Source of the DNA: a virus
Length of the DNA stretch: 63,965 nucleotides
Virus genome (UHGV): UHGV-0122909
Direction: 5' to 3' (one strand)
The notes under the pieces were generated by a model. That model ran no database searches and was not told the DNA's origin. It saw only the letters and a program-made list of their open reading frames with translations. The position numbers and the translations under genes were made by a program. This document shows, in pieces, positions 57,240 to 63,965 of the stretch (positions are counted from its first letter, which is position 1; each line of letters opens with the position of its first letter).

Positions 57240-57458
57240 TCAATCAGTAAAACGCAGCAAAGCTCGTTGCTCTTGAATGTTCACTCCGTGATAAATTCTT
57301 TGATTACCACATAAATAACAAGAACAAGCACAAGGGGTGCAGTAAATTTTCCCTACAACTTTTTCAGTTTTAGCCAACGCAATTCGATATGTTTTTCTCT
57401 TAGATTTTAACCGAGATATATGATGACGACGCCATGCCCGATTTCTAACCATTTCCAT
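57240..57458 (-). CDS. Small basic Cys-cluster protein (hypothetical)
   Basis: 72 aa with an Arg/Lys-rich N-terminus and CTPCACSCYLCGN cluster. Confidence 0.3.
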   Translation of the reverse strand: MEMVRNRAWRRHHISRLKSKRKTYRIALAKTEKVVGKIYCTPCACSCYLCGNQRIYHGVNIQEQRALLRFTD

Positions 57459-57682
57459 TCACTCCAATTTTCTACCGCGGTGTTATACCGCGCCCGTATC
57501 AATCTTTGGAGTTCGATATCGATCTGACCTTTCATGAATACCTCGGAATTTATCAATAAAGTGAGTGCTATATCATAGCTTATGGGATGAAAGTTTGATA
57601 TTTAGCACTTTTCAGCTTTAGGTAAAGCTGTCCTCAATAAAGCTAATTTCTTGTTTATTAATGGAATTTCTATGTAGAAGTG

Positions 57683-58504
57683 TTAGAAATCCTGTTTTAC
57701 TTTATCCATCGTTAAAACTTTACTTATTATATAAGGATCATAATTTCTTATACTCATAAGGCAATTTATCAAATTGGAAACGTGGCTATCATCAGGAATA
57801 AGTATATATTTAATATCATCGAAAGAAAAACCAATGCCAAATTCAGAGAATTTTTTACTTAAGACGGCCTTCTGGTTAGGTTCCACCACTCGCTCTAAAT
57901 TTAGGCTAGGCCATAAATCGCCAACAAACGGATGCGGTACATATCTCCATTCTTTTTCGTCAGCGTAGATATAATTCTCAATGGTTTTTTCGTTCGTCCT
58001 TTCTAATTTCCCTTTATAATTTTTCATATAGCGTAATAAATTATAAAGGTCAGCGTACTCTTCTTTAAGGCTTTCAAAATACTTACGCTCTTTATTATCA
58101 AGGATATGCCTTTTCGACCATAGCGGAATTAACGCATCCTTTAGTTTTCTAATTCTTTTATTATACTTTGAAAATAATTCACTGCCTTGATTCATGTATA
58201 GAACGGGATGGAGATCATTTTTCTCAGCCCATTCTTTTGTTAACCCAAATCCAAATTCACCATATTTTCCACTATGATCTTTAATCTGAGAAAGCTTGAT
58301 GTCACAGAATGAAACCATTGGTACTGCGAAATTTCTTCTTCCTTTTACTCCGACTATGCGTTCACGGGCAAGAAATGGTTTAAAATAGAGTTCTGTTAAA
58401 ATGCTATAGAATGCCTCTTCATTTTTAGTAAAGTGAAACAACGTTGTTGGATGTAAACTATTAACTGCTTGTATAACTGTTTCTTGGTTTTCTATAGCAC
58501 TCAT
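57683..58504 (-). CDS. Hypothetical AT-rich protein, possibly abortive-infection-like
   Basis: 273 aa, convergent with the NTPase, strongly AT-rich. N-terminal TLFHFTK resembles some Abi-family proteins, but this is unverified. Confidence 0.4.
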   Translation of the reverse strand: MSAIENQETVIQAVNSLHPTTLFHFTKNEEAFYSILTELYFKPFLARERIVGVKGRRNFAVPMVSFCDIKLSQIKDHSGKYGEFGFGLTKEWAEKNDLHPVLYMNQGSELFSKYNKRIRKLKDALIPLWSKRHILDNKERKYFESLKEEYADLYNLLRYMKNYKGKLERTNEKTIENYIYADEKEWRYVPHPFVGDLWPSLNLERVVEPNQKAVLSKKFSEFGIGFSFDDIKYILIPDDSHVSNLINCLMSIRNYDPYIISKVLTMDKVKQDF

Positions 58505-58910
58505 ATATTAACTGTTCCATAGTGTAAAACCTGACTTAGCAAAGGTTATCATACTAGTCTTTGTACTGTAAGCACACTTGGTTTAATTCCACGCACTTTT
58601 TGAGATTTCCGGTTTTTTGATCTCTTACCAAAATCTATGCCAGATTGAATCAAAGGTCCGAGCTGGGTCACCAAAAAAAGTAAAATTATGCACTTTGATA
58701 GATTATATTTTAACTAAATTCTTTACAGTTAAATCATTTCTTATGCCTTAGTTTCTGATAAAAAAGGTTTTTTTTCACGATTTATAAGTATCAGGTTATG
58801 TGAACCGTTCTAACGAATAGCCCCCCCCGAGATATTGCTTTCGCTGGTGGGAAAACATTCCTGACCCACCTGAAGGCGCAATACATCAGGTTTTAAGCAG
58901 AGGAAAGACT

Positions 58911-59588
58911 ATGAATAACATGACAACGAAAGAGCTTTTGACGGCACTTCCAAAATACAAAAGCCATAAAACAGTTCGCGCCTCAAAAATCAAAGATATC
59001 GAAATTATCGCCCTAATGGATGTGGTCCTTTTTTGCAACATCGAAGTCGTTGAGCCAGAAGGGGTAAAAGTCCATGTTGATAAAATATTTTTGCAAAAAC
59101 ACCGACCAGAAATTGGCGGATATCTGGTCGCTTATGAGGACGGATCTCTGTCCTATTCACCAGAAAAAACATTTGAAGAAGGCTTTAGTCGGACTAACGA
59201 CTTCTTCGAAAATGGGGTATCGCTCAGCATTGAAGGTCACAATGGGGTGACATTCATTACAGCCAGGGACGTAACTATTTCTGCTGGCGGTATCGCTACT
59301 CTACAAGAAGAAATCGACCTTGAAGCAGCCGACTTTTCTGACGCGCTGATGTGGCTGAAGGATGGCAAGAAAGTTGCCCGACGCGGGTGGAACGGCGAAA
59401 ACCAATTCTGCTGGCTGGTTCCTGAAGGACAGTACCCGGCACGAATGGAAGCCATTAAGGGATATTTCCCCGGCGACCTCGTTCCGTATGGTGCTTATTT
59501 CGCCTTAAAAAATGCACAAGGTGTAGTTGTTCCGTGGGTTCCTTCTGTAGGCGACTTACTGGCATGTGACTGGTTTGTAGTGGAGTGA
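58911..59588 (+). CDS. Hypothetical protein with DUF2829-like (Tad2-like) C-terminal domain
   Basis: 225 aa. C-terminal ~80 aa LMWLKDGKKVARRGWNG...PWVPSVGDLLACDWFVV fits my recollection of DUF2829 (GW...PW.PS..DLLA.DW). Confidence 0.4.
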   Translation: MNNMTTKELLTALPKYKSHKTVRASKIKDIEIIALMDVVLFCNIEVVEPEGVKVHVDKIFLQKHRPEIGGYLVAYEDGSLSYSPEKTFEEGFSRTNDFFENGVSLSIEGHNGVTFITARDVTISAGGIATLQEEIDLEAADFSDALMWLKDGKKVARRGWNGENQFCWLVPEGQYPARMEAIKGYFPGDLVPYGAYFALKNAQGVVVPWVPSVGDLLACDWFVVE

Positions 59589-59594
59589 TTTAAC

Positions 59595-60383
59595 GTGGAA
59601 AATACTAAAGCAATTCAATACCGCCTGCGTAATGGTCAGAGTGTCGAAGTGACCATCAATAATGATGGTGTGCCTGGCGAAAAGGTTTCGATCTCTGATC
59701 TGGCTATCGAAAAAACCATCATGTGCCACCTTGGCTTTACTGAAGAAGTGAGCAAAAAGCATGGTGTAGCAATCTGGAGCGCAATGGATACTGGTATGCG
59801 CAGATTCATTACTGCTCGTACCCCAGGGATGACCATGATGGACCTCATGCAGATTGCGCCGCTGTTTGAATGTGAGCCTTTAGATGTATTCAGCAATCCA
59901 GCTATCTGCCAGCAGCTATATGGTGAGATGAAACTCGCGGTTACCCCCATTGTGCTGCATGAAGGATCGCTTGCTGGCGTATGGAAAGTAGAGAGAATTT
60001 CAAGCTACATGCCCTTCCACTTCCATGTCAACGGCATAATCACTGGTGAAAACCAACCTGTTTCCGTTACAAAGTCAGACCTCAAGCGCGCAATTCTTGA
60101 AGCAAGTTGTCGAGTTATCGGCCTGGGCAAACAGTCTTATGTTTCCTTCCCGGCTGGCCCTGAAGGCCCGGCAGAAATTCTGATTATGGATGCCGATCTG
60201 CTCTGGCAAATACAGTTTCTGATTGGCAAAAGCATCATCCGCGCTGAAGAACTCGATCAGTACATTACCTGCACGATGACGGATGAAGTCAAAAGTGTGG
60301 CTATAGCCAATGCCCGGAACCTATGTCGTGCTGCATTAACAGAACTGCAAGAAAACACCACGGAAGAAGTGGAAAGCGATTAA
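59595..60383 (+). CDS. Hypothetical protein
   Basis: 262 aa, start 7 nt after the upstream stop, followed by a bidirectional terminator. Confidence 0.4.
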   Translation: MENTKAIQYRLRNGQSVEVTINNDGVPGEKVSISDLAIEKTIMCHLGFTEEVSKKHGVAIWSAMDTGMRRFITARTPGMTMMDLMQIAPLFECEPLDVFSNPAICQQLYGEMKLAVTPIVLHEGSLAGVWKVERISSYMPFHFHVNGIITGENQPVSVTKSDLKRAILEASCRVIGLGKQSYVSFPAGPEGPAEILIMDADLLWQIQFLIGKSIIRAEELDQYITCTMTDEVKSVAIANARNLCRAALTELQENTTEEVESD

Positions 60384-60412
60384 AAAAAATCCCGCCGATT
60401 GGCGGGATTTCT
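60384..60412. terminator. Bidirectional rho-independent terminator between convergent genes
   Basis: AAAAAAAATCCCGCCgattGGCGGGATTTCTTC. Confidence 0.7.
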
Positions 60413-60721
60413 TCAATATACGATCTGGTCTACATGATCACCAAAATCATCGTCGTCGTCCTCATCGCCACCATCTACTGCTGGCCAATCAACAAACCAG
60501 CCAGCGTAAAGATGCAGCGTTCGGAGAACATCACTTGCGGGGGCATCAAGGGTGTTAACGAATCCCATATAGCTATTGGGATTTGCTCCAGCTATGGCTT
60601 CAGCGATCATGTCCTCGGTAATGTCACCGGAGATAATGCTTAAACGCCCGGAAACTTCTTCATTATCATCAAATTCGATAATGGCATCTCCACCTAATGG
60701 CGCTGCGATTTTAATCTGCAT
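60413..60721 (-). CDS. Small acidic protein (iddB position)
   Basis: 102 aa with a very acidic C-terminus (GGDEDDDDDFGDH), overlapping the upstream 995-aa gene stop. Confidence 0.4.
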   Translation of the reverse strand: MQIKIAAPLGGDAIIEFDDNEEVSGRLSIISGDITEDMIAEAIAGANPNSYMGFVNTLDAPASDVLRTLHLYAGWFVDWPAVDGGDEDDDDDFGDHVDQIVY

Positions 60722-63698
60722 TATTTAGCTCCTTTGCCACACCTAATAACAGTTCCAGCAATCCGTCACCATTCATCAGTGATGCGGCAGCGGCCTCTTT
60801 GTCATGATACAACTGAAGAGCCATAGAGAATACTTCCGTTGCTGACGTTTTGGAAATAGTCGGTGATTTCTGCCGAATTTTCCCGGTGTTACTTACTGAG
60901 GCTGGCGGGTATACCTTCGCCATATAAATATTACTCAATCGAGATCTGAAGCACCATTCAGGCTTGCCACGCCCACCGATATTGACGAAAGATGGCTTAT
61001 CCCCTTCAACATTGGCCTTCAGGAATGACCGGGCTTTCTCTAACAAACCAGGGTTACTGTACTCAAGATGATGACCCAGCTCGTGCCACAGTGCACTTGC
61101 ATTTTCATCGTTCAAATTGACAGCAACAACACCATTAAGATTTGCATATGCCCTTCCCTGGTGGTGAACTACCTTTGATAAGGTCGATATTTTCCCGCCG
61201 GTCAGGCGATAAATATCAGCAAGTTCCTTGCGCAGGTCTATCCCACCATTCTGTCCAGCGCGGACTTCTTCCACTTCTTCTGTGATAAAAGAGTCGGCCC
61301 ACTCAAGAGCTTTTTCTTCAGATACGGATGAGTTTGCGATCGCACTGTTCATGGCAGATAACACTTTCTCGTGGACCGAACCCATACTTCGCTGATTCAT
61401 TTGCCAGCGTGTCTGCGGGTTATATGAGAATCGCTTAAGTAGTTGGTCAAGATGCTCAAGTTCTTCTTCACTGACATACTTTTTAGCCTCACCAATAATG
61501 CCAGGGAGAATATTGCCGTTAGGATTAAACGCTCGCGAAAGGAAGAGTTTCAGCGCCCCCATGCCCTCCGATGCTTCAATATCACCAATAACCCGGTTAA
61601 CAATGGCCGCACTCTTCGGATTAGCATCCGCCAACGCTCTGGCTACAATTTGCAGGGACGATACGACCTCACGCTGCATATCCGTCCTGATCTCATCAAT
61701 AAACTCTGGCGTTATGCCGTGCTCTTTAAGGATATCCCTGCCTTCCGCCGTTACCCCATCGATATCACCGACATGTTTATTAACCCGACTTTGCAATGCC
61801 TTAAATGCCTTCAGAATTCCACGGGCATCATCCGCTTTACCAACGGCCTTCCTGAATGCTGGCAAGAAGTCTGAGTTAACCTCATTTTGTTGATCGGCCC
61901 ACTGAATGGAGGCTTCTTTCATCTCGTCCAGAGTCAGATCACCCAACGCGGTATGGTCTGTGAATATGAGCGACAACCTCTGAACCATTTCTGCCAATGG
62001 TGATGCCGAATGCGCCGCGCTAAGGAATGCTTTCACCCTGGTTGGGCGAATGGAAAACCAGTCAATAGCTGGTGGCATATCTCCGTTTTTTATCGCCTGC
62101 GCTATCTCGTCAAAGCCATCGCGCCCAAGGGAGGATGCGTGATTTAACAAGCCGCGAAGTAACGAATTGCTGATACCGAATAATCGGCACCATTTTTTCA
62201 CGTCGGCAACAGGCATTCGAACAAAATGCGCAAGCACTTGTACAAGCTGTTCATCCTGGGGATCTGTGCGGGAAAGCAGCCTGATCAGATGAATAATGTC
62301 TTTGATGCCGGATGCCCGATGTAATAGCAAACTGGTATACGGAGCAACACCGTTGTAACTACCGCCGGAAACGGACTCGAAAAGACCGCCGGATATCCCT
62401 TGCATGCCTTCGTTTTCCAGTTCCTGAGACACCTGGCGAAGGATATCCTGTAACGACACATCGCCGCCGCCAAACATATCCCCCAGCGCCTGGCCCTGGT
62501 GCTGTAACTCATCATTGATACGTTGAGCCATCAACTTAAAGGCGGTGGCCATACGCTTCGCGCTACGGTTATTCGCGACGATGAACAACGCGAGTGCTTT
62601 CACTTCCGGGGCCGTTTCGCTGAACATATCCCCCTGAGCAATAACATCGGTAATATGCTGGCCTGACTCCTTCGATTGCCTTACCAGGTCTACCGCATCT
62701 TTCAATGCCGCCAGCGCCTTTTTATCGAGGCTATCCGCTGTCTCAATGCCATCAACAATAGTTGTCACAGCCTGCTTGTGCGCTTCTCCTGATAAAGCCT
62801 GCATCTGGACAAAATCATTGGCTGCCGCATTAAGCGCCGTCAGAACATTACGCATATCCGGATCAGGTTCTTCTGCAACCATCCTTACCAGGCGCGCATC
62901 CTTATATGCCTTGGCAAAGATCGCGTTTTGTATACGGTCTACAAGTTGCCGTGTTGGTCGCCCATCTTCAGTTACAAGGCCAGCCGCCTGTGTGGCACCA
63001 ACTTGCGTCATAAATCCGCGAATAAACGCGTCATTACTGCGGCTAAGCAGATCTCCGCTTTCTGACGGGTTAAAAAGCGCCATCATCGCCGGTGTTATGC
63101 TGTCGGCATCAACAAAAGCTTTTTCACTGGCTGCCATTTCCTGAAGATCAGAAATATTTGAGTCCTTGGCAAACTGAACGCGGTCAACCTTAGTTAACCG
63201 GCGGCGCACCAGTACCGGAGCCGTCATTGATTCAACCTTTTCAGGAGGTATGCCGAATTCGGTCGCATGTTCAATCAGGTACTCACGATACCGATCCGCA
63301 TTGCCGTCCTGATAGGCTTTGATGATCCCCATGGTCCGTCCATTACCTGACTCAACGGCATTGTCCTCACCAATTATCGGCGCGCCATGGCTGGATAAAC
63401 CGGAATCAGTAAGCTGAGCAGGCCGCAAATCTTTGGATATCTGGTTAACCTGAAGAAGGCTGGATGCGCGGGTCCGGTCGCGCGGTTGAAGTTCCTGGGG
63501 ATAGTCAGGATTAATTTTCCCATCCAGAGTATTGGATACCAAAAGAGCTGAGGCATCGACGATATCAAACGCTGTTTTTACCTCGTCTCCCTTCGCTGTC
63601 ACCACATACGAAACCCGCCCATAATCGGGCAGGTTCTTTAGCAGCTCGATCAGCGTTTCTATGCTGGTGGCCATTACCACCTGATCGCTTAAGCTCAT
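60711..63698 (-). CDS. ddrB: DdrB-like large protein with HExxH metalloprotease-like motif
   Basis: 995 aa with ALWHELGHHLEYSNPG. Size and position fit P1 ddrB. Symbol is tentative. Confidence 0.5.
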   Translation of the reverse strand: MSLSDQVVMATSIETLIELLKNLPDYGRVSYVVTAKGDEVKTAFDIVDASALLVSNTLDGKINPDYPQELQPRDRTRASSLLQVNQISKDLRPAQLTDSGLSSHGAPIIGEDNAVESGNGRTMGIIKAYQDGNADRYREYLIEHATEFGIPPEKVESMTAPVLVRRRLTKVDRVQFAKDSNISDLQEMAASEKAFVDADSITPAMMALFNPSESGDLLSRSNDAFIRGFMTQVGATQAAGLVTEDGRPTRQLVDRIQNAIFAKAYKDARLVRMVAEEPDPDMRNVLTALNAAANDFVQMQALSGEAHKQAVTTIVDGIETADSLDKKALAALKDAVDLVRQSKESGQHITDVIAQGDMFSETAPEVKALALFIVANNRSAKRMATAFKLMAQRINDELQHQGQALGDMFGGGDVSLQDILRQVSQELENEGMQGISGGLFESVSGGSYNGVAPYTSLLLHRASGIKDIIHLIRLLSRTDPQDEQLVQVLAHFVRMPVADVKKWCRLFGISNSLLRGLLNHASSLGRDGFDEIAQAIKNGDMPPAIDWFSIRPTRVKAFLSAAHSASPLAEMVQRLSLIFTDHTALGDLTLDEMKEASIQWADQQNEVNSDFLPAFRKAVGKADDARGILKAFKALQSRVNKHVGDIDGVTAEGRDILKEHGITPEFIDEIRTDMQREVVSSLQIVARALADANPKSAAIVNRVIGDIEASEGMGALKLFLSRAFNPNGNILPGIIGEAKKYVSEEELEHLDQLLKRFSYNPQTRWQMNQRSMGSVHEKVLSAMNSAIANSSVSEEKALEWADSFITEEVEEVRAGQNGGIDLRKELADIYRLTGGKISTLSKVVHHQGRAYANLNGVVAVNLNDENASALWHELGHHLEYSNPGLLEKARSFLKANVEGDKPSFVNIGGRGKPEWCFRSRLSNIYMAKVYPPASVSNTGKIRQKSPTISKTSATEVFSMALQLYHDKEAAAASLMNGDGLLELLLGVAKELNNAD

Positions 63699-63797
63699 CC
63701 CTGTTACGCCTTATCCAATGTGCCGCCCCCTACGCTCCTCATAGTGGGGATATAAGGCACAGTTTTCCTCCCGGCTATTTTTGCTTAAAATAGTGAC

Positions 63798-63965
63798 ATG
63801 AAACAACAGGTGTCATTCAAATTCCGGTTAAAACCAGATGGTCAACAGGAGCGTCAAATGAGGCGCTTTGCCGGAGCTTGTCGTTTCGTTTTCAACCGTG
63901 CTCTGGCGCTTCAGAATGAGAATCATGAGGCCGGTAATAAATACATCCCTTACGGGAAAATGGCT
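63798..63965 (+). CDS. tnpB: IS200/IS605-family TnpB (OrfB) transposase-like, N-terminal fragment (runs off the window)
   Basis: MKQQVSFKFRLKPDGQQERQMRRFAGACRFVFNRALALQNENHEAGNKYIPYGKMA..., the typical TnpB N-terminus. No stop before the window end, so absent from the ORF track. Confidence 0.6.
   Translation, partial: MKQQVSFKFRLKPDGQQERQMRRFAGACRFVFNRALALQNENHEAGNKYIPYGKMA

Larger units (their letters stand above)
47050..58504. mobile_element. Putative integrative island: tandem tyrosine-recombinase trio plus defense-like cargo
   Basis: Three consecutive tyrosine recombinase genes and a small gene, then an AT-rich 1587-aa NTPase and a convergent AT-rich gene, between P1-like ssb and the next P1-like gene. 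Exact ends not determined. Confidence 0.5.

Overview
This window is a mosaic of two temperate-phage backbones plus accessory insertions, read from protein and site motifs recognised by eye (no searches were run). Positions ~505-20320 are a defective lambdoid early-region module: a truncated R lysozyme, S holin, the pR'/tR' late leader, Q, a nin region, a DnaB-type helicase, an O-like initiator with ori iterons, cII-like, cro, OR, cI, rexA/rexB, OL/pL, nutL, N and a pL-operon gene set with SSAP and SSB. It has no int/xis, structural genes or Rz. From ~20977 to the end the backbone is P1-like: hot (frameshifted), a LexA box, humD, phd-doc, pacA with its pac site, pacB, c1, coi, loxP, cre, cra, ref, darB, prt, pro, the SAR lysozyme lyz, ssb, a ddrB-like gene and several C1 operator matches. 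Two AT-rich accessory loci interrupt the P1-like synteny and are the best candidates for undescribed biology. One is a solitary 434-aa SIR2-domain gene at 33777-35081, where P1 carries res/mod. The other is an ~11.5 kb island at 47050-58504 with three tandem tyrosine recombinases, a 1587-aa STAND-type NTPase and a convergent hypothetical gene. Also notable are a possible DUF2829 (Tad2-like) domain gene, an antirepressor-like gene beside a C1 operator, and a partial IS200/IS605 TnpB at the right edge. No rRNA, tRNA or CRISPR array was seen. The ORF track omits ORFs that run off the window edges.
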